Both the position numbers and the translations under genes were made by a program. 64,000 bases of DNA. Origin: Longimicrobiales bacterium (GTDB lineage Bacteria; Gemmatimonadota; Gemmatimonadetes; Longimicrobiales; Gaopeijiaceae). Positions 48,337 to 59,044 of the stretch are shown here, in pieces; position 1 is the stretch's first letter; every line of letters starts with the position of its first letter. The notes under the pieces were generated by a model. That model did no database searches and was not told where the DNA came from. It worked only from the letters and a program-made list of their open reading frames with translations. Location of the stretch: NCBI GenBank assembly GCA_965219445.1, contig CBDCNQ010000005.1, forward strand, positions 1,376,001-1,440,000, given 5' to 3'.

Positions 48337-51021
48337 TCAACGGGGCGAGTGATAGGCGTTCCACTCCTCGGCGGTCAGCGACACGAGATTGGCGAACAGG
48401 CGATGTGGACCTGGCACCCCGGCCGGGAACTGGCGAAAGAAGGCAAGCGCGACGTACGCGTACAACCCTTGGCCTACCGGTGCCACCAACAGCGACCCCC
48501 GCGCAGGCTCTTCATCCGGATCACTGAATTCCAGCAGGGGCGTGAAGCGGTCGTCCCACTCGGCCAAGAAATAGAGCCCCCGCTCTTGAACCCACCCCTC
48601 GAAGTCCGTTTCGACGATCCGATTGGGCGAAGTGAACACGGGAGAGTCACGGTCCAATAATTCGAACGGAGAGCTCTCATCGGTGACTCGTGGCGCAGAG
48701 CGCCCGCTCCCCATGCTGACCCGGTATGGAGCAAAGCCACCCTCCGGGTACCCGTTTCTGTTGTATTGGACGATCACCGTGCCACCGGCCTCGGCGAACG
48801 CGAGGATCCGATCGTTCACCGCCGCAACGTCCGGACGGGTTTCGTAGACACGGATGCCCAGCACAAGTACATCGTACCCGGAAAAGTCCCCCTCACGGAT
48901 CCGATCGGGGCCCACCTCCTCCACGTTCGCACCAAGCTGCCGCAGCGCCTCGAGGCCGTCGTCCCCTGACCCCATCACATAGCCGACCCGAATATCCTCC
49001 CGCATCCGGACCGGGAATACTGCGGCACGCACCTCGGCAAGACGTAGGTACAGCGTCCGCTCCACATGGGGGTAGTCGATGACGTCGACCTGCTCATCGA
49101 AGCGCACCCCGTCGTCCCGCGTGGCCACCGCGCGGAATACGTGCTCTCCCACGTCCACCGCACCGACGGGGCGCACCTCGAAGTTGAACCCACGGCTCGC
49201 CCCCTCCACCTGAAAGTCGAATGGGATACTCGCAGGCGTGACCTCCCACCCATCAGGAACCTCGAGTGCGACATCGCCCGACGACCCGGACGCGGACTCG
49301 TTCTTCAGAAGAACCGTCACCAGACGAGACTCACCCGACCCTTCCGGCCAAACCATCGCAGCGGGCTCGATCGCGACCGCGACCGCAGGCGTGGCGAGAA
49401 TCGGCTCCCGAAATTCGCCGAGCGCCGTGTTCACACCCACGAACTCGGCGTCGTCACCCCACACCACGTGAACGGGTTCGCCCAGCTCCGGAATGTGGAT
49501 GTCGATCTCCCCAACCGCCCGCAGCAATGGGCGCGCGTTTCTCGGAAGCCCCTCCGAGCCCGGGTCGCCCGTCCACCGGTACATGTCCCCATCTCGGGGC
49601 ACTCGTAGGTAGTACAGACGTGAAGATGCAAGACTCTCCCTGAGCCGAACGCGGTAGCTCCATCGAGCGACCTCACCAGGATCTAGAGATTGAGGTTCCT
49701 CTGTCTGGCCTCCGGTGCCGACGAACTCGGCAGGAAGACCTACGTCCTGCTCACCCCCCGCACTCCGGAGCACCGCCCCATCGATGCGGAACGGCCCACC
49801 GTTCCAGAGCTGTACGTCGAGACTCACGTCTTCGCCTGCCACTACGAAGTCGTCCCCGGCTCGCACGTCGATTACGATGGACGCCGCATCGAGAAGCGCG
49901 GACCGAACCAATCCGGCGCGAACCGCGAGCGCCTCCGCGAGAGCCACGGCGGAGTCCCCGAGCCCGCGAATCAGCCCGAACGTAAACTCCAGATTCAGGT
50001 AAGCCCGTCCCAGGGGAGCGGCGACCCGGCTGGGCTGGACGGCGTCGAGAGACTCGCTCGCCTCCTGGATCGCCGCCCGATACGCCGCGATGGACCGCCC
50101 TACTGCCGGCGCGGCTTCCGCCGGAAGCCTGTCCACGAGGCCAGCCAACGTGGTATCGACCCGAGCGAAGAGACCCGTGTCAGAGTTGATCCCCCCCACA
50201 CGGCTCTGAACCAACCGAAGGCCCGACGTGCGATTCCCAAGGGCCTGTGCGGCGCCCATCTCCTGCGAACGGTGCTTGCTTCGGCTCTCCATGGCGAGTT
50301 GGTGGTATGAACGACCAAGCAATGGGTCGAACGTACCGGTCTGAATGGTCAACGGCGCCTCGACGGATCCGGCGCCTCGAGACCGGACCGAGTGATAGAG
50401 CTTGTCCGTACTCCACGGCTCCGCTGCGATCCCCTGTAAATCGGGGAAACGCGCCGGATCGGCGGCAGCCTCGAACGCCTCATTGGCCAGCATCCCGCTC
50501 GCCTGGTGTTGCCCGTGCCCGTCTCGAGGCGTACCGGCCCACACCGAGATGATCACCTGCGGACGGTACATGCGGATCACCGAGACGACGTCCTTGAGAA
50601 CCTCCTCCCTCGGCCAATGTGCGAACGCCTCATCGGCGCTCTTCGAGAAGCCGTAGTCGAAAGCGCGAGTGAAGAACTGGCGCCCACCGTCCAGAGCACG
50701 GGCTGCCTCTAGCTCTCCGGTGCGAATGATGCCGAGACCCTCACCCAGCTCGGGCCCGATGATGTTCTGACCACCGTCTCCCCGAGTGAGCGAGAGATAG
50801 GCCGTCTCGGCGCCCATCCCCCGGGCGAGGGTCGCAAGAAGGCTGGAGTCTTCGTCATCCGGGTGCGCTCCGATCATCAAGACTCGCCTGACGCCATCGA
50901 GTTGACGAAGCGCGAGTCCCACGTCCACGACGCTACTTCCCTGTGGTCCGACCTGGGCCGAGAGGGGCGCGGCCACAAGCAAACCGACCAAGCAAACGAA
51001 CCTCCTACCTGTCATCCTCAT
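48337..51021 (-). CDS. PIG-L/LmbE-family deacetylase with Ig-like and GATase-like C-terminal domains
   Basis: GAHPDDED, TRGDGGQN, HGQH, WVQERGLYF; signal peptide. Confidence 0.9.
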   Translation of the reverse strand: MRMTGRRFVCLVGLLVAAPLSAQVGPQGSSVVDVGLALRQLDGVRRVLMIGAHPDDEDSSLLATLARGMGAETAYLSLTRGDGGQNIIGPELGEGLGIIRTGELEAARALDGGRQFFTRAFDYGFSKSADEAFAHWPREEVLKDVVSVIRMYRPQVIISVWAGTPRDGHGQHQASGMLANEAFEAAADPARFPDLQGIAAEPWSTDKLYHSVRSRGAGSVEAPLTIQTGTFDPLLGRSYHQLAMESRSKHRSQEMGAAQALGNRTSGLRLVQSRVGGINSDTGLFARVDTTLAGLVDRLPAEAAPAVGRSIAAYRAAIQEASESLDAVQPSRVAAPLGRAYLNLEFTFGLIRGLGDSAVALAEALAVRAGLVRSALLDAASIVIDVRAGDDFVVAGEDVSLDVQLWNGGPFRIDGAVLRSAGGEQDVGLPAEFVGTGGQTEEPQSLDPGEVARWSYRVRLRESLASSRLYYLRVPRDGDMYRWTGDPGSEGLPRNARPLLRAVGEIDIHIPELGEPVHVVWGDDAEFVGVNTALGEFREPILATPAVAVAIEPAAMVWPEGSGESRLVTVLLKNESASGSSGDVALEVPDGWEVTPASIPFDFQVEGASRGFNFEVRPVGAVDVGEHVFRAVATRDDGVRFDEQVDVIDYPHVERTLYLRLAEVRAAVFPVRMREDIRVGYVMGSGDDGLEALRQLGANVEEVGPDRIREGDFSGYDVLVLGIRVYETRPDVAAVNDRILAFAEAGGTVIVQYNRNGYPEGGFAPYRVSMGSGRSAPRVTDESSPFELLDRDSPVFTSPNRIVETDFEGWVQERGLYFLAEWDDRFTPLLEFSDPDEEPARGSLLVAPVGQGLYAYVALAFFRQFPAGVPGPHRLFANLVSLTAEEWNAYHSPR

Positions 51022-51200
51022 GGATCGAACCTACCTCCAGCACCGAAGACCGGAAAACTCCCGCACACTCGCGAGCGTGCACGAAGTCTACTCGTTCGCT
51101 TGTCCGAAGTTCAAAGCCGCGGATATGTTGGGGCCGAAATTGGGATCATACCAGACCCGCAGTTCTTCCTGGGTCCGCCTCTTGACAACGGAGCGAATCG

Positions 51201-52589
51201 ATGAGCCAACCCCGCGAACACTGGGGTTCCAACTTGGGCTTCATCCTGGCGGCGACCGGTAGTGCCATCGGGCTGGGTAACCTGTGGAAATTCCCGTTCA
51301 TCACGTGGGAGAACAACGGCGGCGCATTCGTACTGCTCTATCTCATGTGCATCGCGGGGGTGGGCCTGCCCATCATGATGGCCGAGCTCCTGATCGGCCG
51401 GAAAACGCAGAAGAGCCCGGTGGGTGCACTGAAAGAGGCGATCGGCCCCTGGTGGGGTTGGGTCGGCGCCTGGGGCGTCATGGCGGGCTTCATCATCCTC
51501 AGCTACTACGCCGTGGTGGCAGGATGGTCACTCTTCTACTTTGTGAAGACCATTGGGTGGAGTCTCGGTGGCTTCCCGGCGGGCATGCAGACTGGGGACC
51601 TCTTTACGGAGGTGATCGGAAACGGAGGCCTCCAGTTCCTCCTTGCGGGGCTCTTCATGGCAGCCACGGTGGGGATCGTTTACTTCGGGGTGCACAGCGG
51701 AATCGAGCGGGTGGCCCGTATTTCCCTTCCGGTCCTGTTCATTATCCTGGTCCTACTCCTCGTCAGCGCGCTCACTATGGAGGGCTCCGGCGAGGCGCTC
51801 GCCTTCATCTTCCGCCCGAACTTCAGTGAGTTGGAGCCCCGGGGCATCCTAGAGGCACTCGGCCACTCGTTCTTTACCCTGTCGCTCGGGATGGGGGCGA
51901 TGATCACCTACGGCTCGTACGTGGCCAAGGACCGGTCAATCGTGAACGCGGCAGGCACGATCGTTCTCCTCGATACGCTGATCGCGCTCTTCGCCACGGT
52001 CATCATGTTCTCGGTGATCTTCACCGTTCCGGGGATGAGCGAGCAGGTGAATCGGGGTGCGGCCGGGATGCTCTTCATCTCGCTGCCCGAGCTCTTCTAT
52101 AACGTCGTGCCCTTCGGGACGGTTCTGGGGCCCCTGTTCTATGTCCTGGTGGCGGTGGCTGCGCTCACATCCACGATCTCGCTACTCGAGGTCGTCGTGA
52201 GCTACTTCATCGACGAGCGGAACATGCCCCGGCCCAAGGCAACGCTGGTGAGCGGCGGCGCGATCTTCGTCTTCACCGTGCTCTCGGCGCTCTCCTTCGG
52301 CGCGCTGCCGGCCCTGTCGACCTTCGAGATCTTCGGGGGGAAAGCGGGTGTCTTCTTAACGCTCGACCACTTCGCCTCGAACTGGGCGCTGCCGCTCGGC
52401 GGGCTGTTGATCACGCTGGGAGCGGGCTGGTTCATGACCCGTGAGGCGACCGAGGGAGAGCTGGTGGACGAAACTACGCCTGGATGGTTCCGCTACGGCG
52501 CCTGGCGGTTCTTCATGCGTTATGTGGCGCCGGTCGCGGTGACGGCGATCCTGATCGCCGTGATCTTCTTCGGGGTGGACTTCTCCTAA
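51201..52589 (+). CDS. Sodium-dependent transporter (NSS/SNF family)
   Basis: GSAIGLGNLWKFP, NGGAF, FFTLSLG. Confidence 0.93.
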   Translation: MSQPREHWGSNLGFILAATGSAIGLGNLWKFPFITWENNGGAFVLLYLMCIAGVGLPIMMAELLIGRKTQKSPVGALKEAIGPWWGWVGAWGVMAGFIILSYYAVVAGWSLFYFVKTIGWSLGGFPAGMQTGDLFTEVIGNGGLQFLLAGLFMAATVGIVYFGVHSGIERVARISLPVLFIILVLLLVSALTMEGSGEALAFIFRPNFSELEPRGILEALGHSFFTLSLGMGAMITYGSYVAKDRSIVNAAGTIVLLDTLIALFATVIMFSVIFTVPGMSEQVNRGAAGMLFISLPELFYNVVPFGTVLGPLFYVLVAVAALTSTISLLEVVVSYFIDERNMPRPKATLVSGGAIFVFTVLSALSFGALPALSTFEIFGGKAGVFLTLDHFASNWALPLGGLLITLGAGWFMTREATEGELVDETTPGWFRYGAWRFFMRYVAPVAVTAILIAVIFFGVDFS

Positions 52590-52664
52590 GAGGGCTCCGA
52601 CTCGCGTGCTACCTCCGACGCTGTTCGTGGACGCCATGATGGTACGTGTATTGATCCTCGAGCC

Positions 52665-53540
52665 GTGAAAGCTCTAGCCACTCGCCTGAAGAAGCTGGCC
52701 CTCCGTCCCCTCTGGACGGAATCCGCCGTTTATCGGACCCGCCGCCGCGGTCAGCTTCTCCTGACCATGCCTTTCGTACTCCTGGCCGGTCTGACCTGGG
52801 GCTTCTTCTCCGCTCCCGCTATGGGCGAGGGCTCCACGCTCTTTTGGAGTGTCATGGGAACTATGGGCTTCGGGCTCTTCTTCTACCTGGAGCAGAGGCT
52901 GCTCCCGGTCGTGGCGGCGATGGCCGACCGCACCGGGCTGGGTGCCCTGGCAGTGCTGGCGTGGGAAGTAGGCGTGGTGGGGGGTCTCATCTTCCTCTTC
53001 ACCACTGTCCTGGGTGCCCCAACCGTCCCGGCCGTTGCCCTCGCCATCGGCTTCGGAGTGATCTACAGCCTTGGGATGGAATACCTCGTCTTTGGTCCAG
53101 CAGCGGACCATGTGGCTAACCTTTGGGGCATGGGCCGGGGCTGGTCGGGGCCAAGGGGCCCGGACTACTCCCACGCCGAGGCGCTGGAGAAACGAGGAGA
53201 CCTCGAGGGTGCGATGGAAATCTACAAAGATGCCATCTGGATGAACCGGAAAGATCCCGAGGCCTACGTTCGGCTGGCGGCTCTCCGGAACCGTGCGGGC
53301 CTCTACGAAGAGGCCATCGATATCCTACGCAGAGCCTTGGTTGTGGCACAGTTCAGCGCCCTGGGAAAGGCTCTGGTCGTCCGGGAGATCCATGAGATCT
53401 CCTCGACGCGTCTCGGAGATCCAGCGAGGGCCGCTCCCGATCTCGCCCGATATCTAGAGGGCCAGTCGGAGGGGGAGCACGCGGAGTGGGCCCGCCGTGA
53501 GCTCGCCTACATCAAGGAGCACATGGGCGAAGACGGCTGA
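52665..53540 (+). CDS. Membrane protein with C-terminal TPR repeats
   Basis: About four TM segments, then AEALEKRGDLEGA...AYVRLA TPR-like helices. Confidence 0.75.
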   Translation: MKALATRLKKLALRPLWTESAVYRTRRRGQLLLTMPFVLLAGLTWGFFSAPAMGEGSTLFWSVMGTMGFGLFFYLEQRLLPVVAAMADRTGLGALAVLAWEVGVVGGLIFLFTTVLGAPTVPAVALAIGFGVIYSLGMEYLVFGPAADHVANLWGMGRGWSGPRGPDYSHAEALEKRGDLEGAMEIYKDAIWMNRKDPEAYVRLAALRNRAGLYEEAIDILRRALVVAQFSALGKALVVREIHEISSTRLGDPARAAPDLARYLEGQSEGEHAEWARRELAYIKEHMGEDG

Positions 53541-53621
53541 CGTGGACGTCTGGCCATACTACCATGACAACAGGTCCAACCCCCATCAGGTCATACGTGG
53601 TGGTGATCCAACCCGGCGCAG

Positions 53622-55025
53622 ATGGACATGACTGAACTTCAGCGAAAGCTCACGGCCATCCTCAGTGCAGACGTCAAAGGGTATAGCCGCTTGATGAGCG
53701 AGGATGAAGCAGACACGATCCTCACCTTGACCGCCTACCGTGAAGTCATCGCAGAGAGTGTCTATAACCATGGCGGCCGGGTCATAGACTCGCCTGGGGA
53801 CAACCTATTAGCCGAGTTTGAGAGCATAGTGCAGGCCGTCGAGTCGGCGGTGGAGATACAGCGAACGCTCCGGGAGAAAAACCAAGAGCGTCCCGAGATT
53901 CGCAAGATGGAGTTCCGTATCGGGATCAATATCGGGGACGTCGTGATTGAAGGTGACCGGCTCTACGGCGACGGGGTCAACGTCGCTGCTCGGCTGGAGG
54001 CACTCGCCGAAGGCGGCGGGATCTGCATCTCGAGCGACGCATATCGCCAGGTCGAGGGAAAGCTGTCCCTCGCATTTGAGGACTTGGGTGAGCAGCGGCT
54101 CAAGAACATCGCCAGGCCTGTCCGCGCGTACAGGATTCGGATGGAGGGCGGTGGTGGCACCCCGCCGGCGTCCGCAAGTGAGCCACCAACAACGCAACCG
54201 GAGATCCGCTTCTGTACGGCATCCGATGGAGTCCGAATCGCCTTCGCCACTGCCGGCCAAGGCCCGCCGCTGGTCAAGGCAGCCAACTGGCTGAACCACC
54301 TCGAGTATGATTGGCAGAGCCCCGTTTGGCGTCATCTGCTGCACGAGCTTCCGAAGGATCACTTGCTGATCCGGTATGACGAGCGGGGTAATGGGCTCTC
54401 CGACCGGGAGGTCGACGATATTTCCTTCGAGGCATTCATAAAAGATCTGGAGATCGTCGTCGATTCCGTCGGACTGGAGCGTTTCGCGCTCTTCGGAATC
54501 TCACAAGGATGCGCAGTTTCCGCCGTCTACGCAGTGAGGCATCCCGAACGCGTCACGCACCTGGTGCTGTACGGTGGATACGCCAGAGGTGCGCGGAAGC
54601 GTGGCTCGCCAGAGGCGATTGAGGCGGCGGACGCCATGCTGACCCTCATGAGACACGGATGGGGCTCGGAAAACGCTGCGTTTCGACAGATGTTCACGTC
54701 GCGTTTCGTCCCCGATGGGACGGCGGCACAGATGCAGTGGTTCAACGATCTTCAGCGTGTAACTGTCTCGCCGGAGAACGCGGTCCGGATTCGTCGGGTG
54801 CTCGATGAGATAGACGTAGACTCCTTCCTTTCCGAGATCACGGCTCCGACGCTGGTCCTGCATTGCCGCGATGACGGGGCCGTACCGTTCGAAGAGGGAC
54901 GAAGAATGGCCGCTATGATCCCTGGGGCTCGCTTCGTTGCTCTAGAAGGAAGGAACCACCTCATCCTCGAAGACGAGCCCGCCTGGCCTCGATTCTTGCA
55001 CGAGGTGAGGGCTTTTCTCGCCTAG
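53622..55025 (+). CDS. Class III nucleotide cyclase domain fused to an alpha/beta hydrolase
   Basis: AILSADVKGYS, GD, RIGINIGDV, GDGVNVAARLE; YDERGNGLS, GISQG, GRNH. Confidence 0.9.
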   Translation: MDMTELQRKLTAILSADVKGYSRLMSEDEADTILTLTAYREVIAESVYNHGGRVIDSPGDNLLAEFESIVQAVESAVEIQRTLREKNQERPEIRKMEFRIGINIGDVVIEGDRLYGDGVNVAARLEALAEGGGICISSDAYRQVEGKLSLAFEDLGEQRLKNIARPVRAYRIRMEGGGGTPPASASEPPTTQPEIRFCTASDGVRIAFATAGQGPPLVKAANWLNHLEYDWQSPVWRHLLHELPKDHLLIRYDERGNGLSDREVDDISFEAFIKDLEIVVDSVGLERFALFGISQGCAVSAVYAVRHPERVTHLVLYGGYARGARKRGSPEAIEAADAMLTLMRHGWGSENAAFRQMFTSRFVPDGTAAQMQWFNDLQRVTVSPENAVRIRRVLDEIDVDSFLSEITAPTLVLHCRDDGAVPFEEGRRMAAMIPGARFVALEGRNHLILEDEPAWPRFLHEVRAFLA

Positions 55026-55068
55026 GAAAACTCTCAGCGTCCCGGAGTCGAAAGGAGCCTGGTTCGAG

Positions 55069-55536
55069 ATGTCCGTCAAACGGCCCGTCATCCTCTTCGA
55101 TGGCGTCTGCAACCTCTGCAATTCTACGGTCCAGTGGGTGATCGAGCGTGACAAGGAGGGGCGATTCGATTTCGCCACCCTCCAGTCAGACGCAGCTCGC
55201 CGAGAGCTGGGAAAAGTCATGGGCGAGAAAGCGATCAACGCGCTCCCCGATAGCATCGTCCTCCTCGACTCGGACGGCGTACATATCCGTTCGGCGGCGG
55301 CCCTGCGGATCGCGCGCAGGCTGGGCTCTCGGTTCACTCTGCTCCGCCTGGGAATTCTGCTCCCCCGACCAATCCGGGACGCGGTCTACAACCTGATCGC
55401 GCGTAACCGCTACCGCTGGTTCGGTCGACGAGACACGTGCATGACGCCAACCCCTGATCTCGCGGCACGCTTCCTCGACGCAGACGAGCCCCGTCCTCCC
55501 ACTACACTTCGATCGCAGGGGCATGGCCCCAACTGA
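55069..55536 (+). CDS. DCC1-like thiol-disulfide oxidoreductase family protein
   Basis: FDGVCNLC; YNLIARNRYRWFG. Confidence 0.92.
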   Translation: MSVKRPVILFDGVCNLCNSTVQWVIERDKEGRFDFATLQSDAARRELGKVMGEKAINALPDSIVLLDSDGVHIRSAAALRIARRLGSRFTLLRLGILLPRPIRDAVYNLIARNRYRWFGRRDTCMTPTPDLAARFLDADEPRPPTTLRSQGHGPN

Positions 55537-55590
55537 CGTGACCGTCTAGGGCATTACGCTCGCGTACAGGATCGAGAATTTCCTTTAAGT

Positions 55591-56019
55591 CTACCTCGTG
55601 CTTGAAGCATCGTGAGCCCGGTTGCCGACCCACAGACCCAACGAGACCCCAGCGACCGAAGCCAGGACGTCCACGACCGAGCCGGAAGCATAAGCCCAGG
55701 TCAGGGGTTGGTAGAGGGCGATGATCATCAGGTCGACGGCCTCCTTGGTCAAAATCAGGATCCCTAGGAGGACCCCCGCCGCCTTGGGGCGCCACAACCA
55801 GGCAAGTGCACCGGCGAGGGAAGCCGAGACGATGACGTGGGCCGGCAGCGCCGCCGGGATGCCCAGCCAAATCCGATCGCTCAAGTCGAAAGGCCTTTGC
55901 ACGGCCTCGAGGAACGAGATTATCCTGGACCGTGAGACCACTCCCACGCACGAAGCCAGAGCGGGAAGACTAGCCCAAACAGCCGCTCTCGCCGTCCGAT
56001 GTGCGAGCCTCAAGTTCAA
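55591..56019 (-). CDS. Hypothetical membrane protein
   Basis: Hydrophobic ORF with H...KEAVD...D pattern (VanZ-like). Confidence 0.5.
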   Translation of the reverse strand: MNLRLAHRTARAAVWASLPALASCVGVVSRSRIISFLEAVQRPFDLSDRIWLGIPAALPAHVIVSASLAGALAWLWRPKAAGVLLGILILTKEAVDLMIIALYQPLTWAYASGSVVDVLASVAGVSLGLWVGNRAHDASSTR

Positions 56020-56088
56020 CCACCTCCCGATCGGTACAGAATGACTCGGGCTTTCTCCAACTGTACTCCTTCAACAGCCTTCATCGGA

Positions 56089-56161
56089 TGGTCGCTACTG
56101 GACTCGAACCAGTGACCCCTACGATGTGAACGTAGTGCTCTACCAACTGAGCTAAGCGACC
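56089..56161 (-). tRNA. tRNA-Val(CAC)
   Basis: Cloverleaf with GGTCGCT/AGCGACC acceptor, CTACG-TTCACAT-CGTAG anticodon arm, TTCGAGT T-loop; CCA not encoded. Confidence 0.97.
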
Positions 56162-56168
56162 CGCACCA

Positions 56169-56241
56169 TACCCCCACGGGGAATCGAACCCCGGTTTCCT
56201 GGCTGAGAACCAGGTGTCCTAGGCCACTAGACGATGGGGGC
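56169..56241 (-). tRNA. tRNA-Glu(CTC)
   Basis: GCCCCCA/TGGGGGT acceptor, CCTGG-TTCTCAG-CCAGG anticodon arm, TTCGATT T-loop; CCA not encoded. Confidence 0.97.
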
Positions 56242-56384
56242 AAACGCGCGACTCCTCGCGACGAGGGCCGAAAGAATATACACCATCGAAGGCCGATTCA
56301 AGCCCCGGAACGGTCTGGTGTCTCTGGGTTAACTCAACACCCCTCAACCGGTTCCCGCCGCATTGGGAGAACACTTGGAAATAA

Positions 56385-56675
56385 ATGACCGATAAGCTGA
56401 ACGACGAGTCCATCGACGGATGGCTGAAGGGCCGAAAGGGGTGGAAACGCTCGGGAAACGCCCTTACCAAGGACTTCGATTTCCCCTCTTTTCGTGACGC
56501 CATCGTATTTGTAAATCGTGTCGCCAGTCTCGCAGACGACTTCGATCACCACCCGGACATCGACATACGTTACACGACCGTAAGTCTATCGCTTACGACC
56601 CACAGCGCCGACGGCCTTACGGAGAGGGACCTGAAACTGGCCGAGGGGGTCGACTTCGCGACCTCGGCGCCCTGA
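56385..56675 (+). CDS. phhB: Pterin-4-alpha-carbinolamine dehydratase
   Basis: FVNRVA...DHHPDI...LTTHSADGLTERD. Confidence 0.92.
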   Translation: MTDKLNDESIDGWLKGRKGWKRSGNALTKDFDFPSFRDAIVFVNRVASLADDFDHHPDIDIRYTTVSLSLTTHSADGLTERDLKLAEGVDFATSAP

Positions 56676-56701
56676 CCGGTCCATGGACCGATCGACCCAG
56701 A

Positions 56702-58078
56702 CTAGAGGCCGTTGGCGATGGTCTCGACGAGACAGGTGATGCCGAACTCGACCTGCGCATCGCTCGATACCGCCGGCGGGGCGATCTCGACGACCTCACC
56801 CTGACCGCCGGCCGGCAACACCAATAGCCCCTGAGCCAGAGCGGCTTCAGCCACCCGGGCGCCAGCACCCGCCGCGGGCCCACCGTCCTCAGAGCAAAGC
56901 TCGATCCCGATCAGCAGCCCGAGACCGCGGACCTGCTTCACACCAGGCAGAGTCGAGAGGGATTCGTCTAAACGATTCACGATGCGCTCCCCGATGTCGA
57001 GACTCCGATGGACCAGTCTCTCCTCCTCCAGAACGTCGAGGAAAGCCAGCCCCGTTGCACAGGACAACGGATGACCGAGAAAGGTGCTGGTGTGAAGCGC
57101 CTCGCCTCCCGACTCGGGCCACGCGTCCATGACCTCACGGGATCCTAGGCAGGCGCTCAGCGGAAGCCCTCCACCCAGGGCCTTCCCGAGGCACACTAGA
57201 TCTGGGAGCACCCCCTCGCGTTCGTGCTCGAAGACGACACCGGTGCGGCCCAAACCGGTGAAGATTTCATCGAAGATGAGGAGCGAGCCGTCCGCACGCG
57301 TCAACTCTGCGAGTCCGGCGAGGAATCCGGGAGGTGGAATGAGGACACCCGCCCGGCCCTGCACGGGCTCCACGACGATGGCCCCGACGGGTCGGCGGGG
57401 CTGACCCGCTTCCCGGTGAACACCCTCCGACAACATCCGTTGGACCTCGGCGAGCGCTTCCTCTGCCTCCTCTTTCACCCGAGGGTACGGTGCGAAAGAC
57501 ACCCCCTGGTGAACGCGGGCGCGAAACGGCTCCCTGAAGTCGGGCCGTGCCGTCACGGCAAGGCTTCCGAGGGTGAGCCCATGGTACGCACCTTCGAACG
57601 CGATGATTCCAGAGCGGCCGGTGTGTAGCTCTGCCGTTTTCAGCGCCGCCTCCATCGCCTCCGACCCCGAGGAAGCGAGCACGGTCCTCGTCTCCTCCCA
57701 GGGAGCGAGGGCACTCAGTCGTTCCAGGAGTGCAACCTTGAGTGCAGGGGGATGCACGTCTCCCATGCCGTGGACGAGGCGCTCGGATTGCTCCACCAGC
57801 GCGGTTTGAATCCGGGGATGGGCGTGACCCGCGAACGAGACGCCGAAGCCCCCCGTAAAGTCGACGTAGACGTTTCCGTCCACATCACGGACGTTGGCAC
57901 CCCGGGCTTCCTCCCAAAAGACCGGAAAGTCCTCGGATAGATAGGTGACGTTACGGGACTCGACCGAGCGCAAGCGCTCCGCGAGCGCCCGCGATCCCGG
58001 CCCGGGCGGGGACGCCACCAGCGACGGTAGGATTGAGCCGAACTCAGACGCTGGGTCGGGCACACCGTACTCCTTCAA
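56702..58078 (-). CDS. Class III PLP aminotransferase (GabT-like)
   Basis: DVDGNVYVD, SGSEA, YHG, EPVQG, FDEIFTGLGRTG, GKALGGG. Confidence 0.9.
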   Translation of the reverse strand: MKEYGVPDPASEFGSILPSLVASPPGPGSRALAERLRSVESRNVTYLSEDFPVFWEEARGANVRDVDGNVYVDFTGGFGVSFAGHAHPRIQTALVEQSERLVHGMGDVHPPALKVALLERLSALAPWEETRTVLASSGSEAMEAALKTAELHTGRSGIIAFEGAYHGLTLGSLAVTARPDFREPFRARVHQGVSFAPYPRVKEEAEEALAEVQRMLSEGVHREAGQPRRPVGAIVVEPVQGRAGVLIPPPGFLAGLAELTRADGSLLIFDEIFTGLGRTGVVFEHEREGVLPDLVCLGKALGGGLPLSACLGSREVMDAWPESGGEALHTSTFLGHPLSCATGLAFLDVLEEERLVHRSLDIGERIVNRLDESLSTLPGVKQVRGLGLLIGIELCSEDGGPAAGAGARVAEAALAQGLLVLPAGGQGEVVEIAPPAVSSDAQVEFGITCLVETIANGL

Positions 58079-58084
58079 CCGCCT

Positions 58085-58984
58085 TCAGTCCCCTCCGAGC
58101 TGGCCCTCTGCGGGCATGCCCATGGCGTGGAAGCCCATGTCCACGTGCAGAGTCTCGCCCGTGACCGCCCTTCCCAAGGGGGAGCAAAGGAACGCGGCCA
58201 CGTTGCCGACGTCCTCCGCCGTGTTCACGTCGGCAAGCGCTGCATTCGCCCGGTAGTAATCGACCATTCGGTCAATCGTACCGATCGCCTTGGCCGCACG
58301 ACTCGCCAGTGGGCCGGCCGAAATCGTGTTCACCCGGATACCCCAGCGACGCCCGGCCTCGAATGCAAGCGTTCGCGTATCGCTTTCCAGCGCAGCCTTC
58401 GCCGAACTCATGCCTCCGCCATAGCCCGGAACGACGCGCTCGCCCGCGAGATACGTCAGGGAGACCACCGAGCCTCCCTGCTTCATGAGAGGACCGAAGC
58501 GCTGGACCAGGCTGACCATGGAATATGCGCTGGCGCTCACGGCGGCCAGATATCCAGCGCGGCTGGTGTCGACGAGCGGCTTCTGCACCTCTGGGCCGTT
58601 CGCCAACGCATGGACCAGGACGTCCAAGCACCCCTCGCCCAGTTCGTCCCTGAGGCTGTCGGCAACCTCCTGGACCGTATAACCCGAGAGATCCCGGTAT
58701 CTCTTGTCCTCTCGAATCTCCTCCGGGACATCGGCGGGCGTGTCGAACGCCGCGTCAAGCGGATGGATCTTTTCGAACTCGATCTCACCTCCTCCCGGAA
58801 GACTGAGATCGAACTTCCCGCGCTCCATACTCTTGAAGAAGATGTTGAGGACGGGAGGCCACGTGCCCACACGCACCAACGCGCCAGCCTGCACGAGCGC
58901 GCGCACGATGGCCCAGCCGTACCCCCTGTCGTCGCCGACGCCTGCGACGAACGCCCTCTTTCCGGTCAGGTCGAGGGATAGCAT
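58085..58984 (-). CDS. fabI: Enoyl-ACP reductase (chlamydial/plastid-type)
   Basis: [52 protein letters not shown]. Confidence 0.93.
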   Translation of the reverse strand: MLSLDLTGKRAFVAGVGDDRGYGWAIVRALVQAGALVRVGTWPPVLNIFFKSMERGKFDLSLPGGGEIEFEKIHPLDAAFDTPADVPEEIREDKRYRDLSGYTVQEVADSLRDELGEGCLDVLVHALANGPEVQKPLVDTSRAGYLAAVSASAYSMVSLVQRFGPLMKQGGSVVSLTYLAGERVVPGYGGGMSSAKAALESDTRTLAFEAGRRWGIRVNTISAGPLASRAAKAIGTIDRMVDYYRANAALADVNTAEDVGNVAAFLCSPLGRAVTGETLHVDMGFHAMGMPAEGQLGGD

Positions 58985-59044
58985 GACATCCAGCTCCTTC
59001 CGCTGTCGTTTCATTCTTGGTCGGCTCGAACCAGCACGTCCATC

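Noticed and set aside
52665..56089. Genomic island integrated at tRNA-Val
   Set aside because: No integrase nearby and no duplicated tRNA 3' end found by eye.
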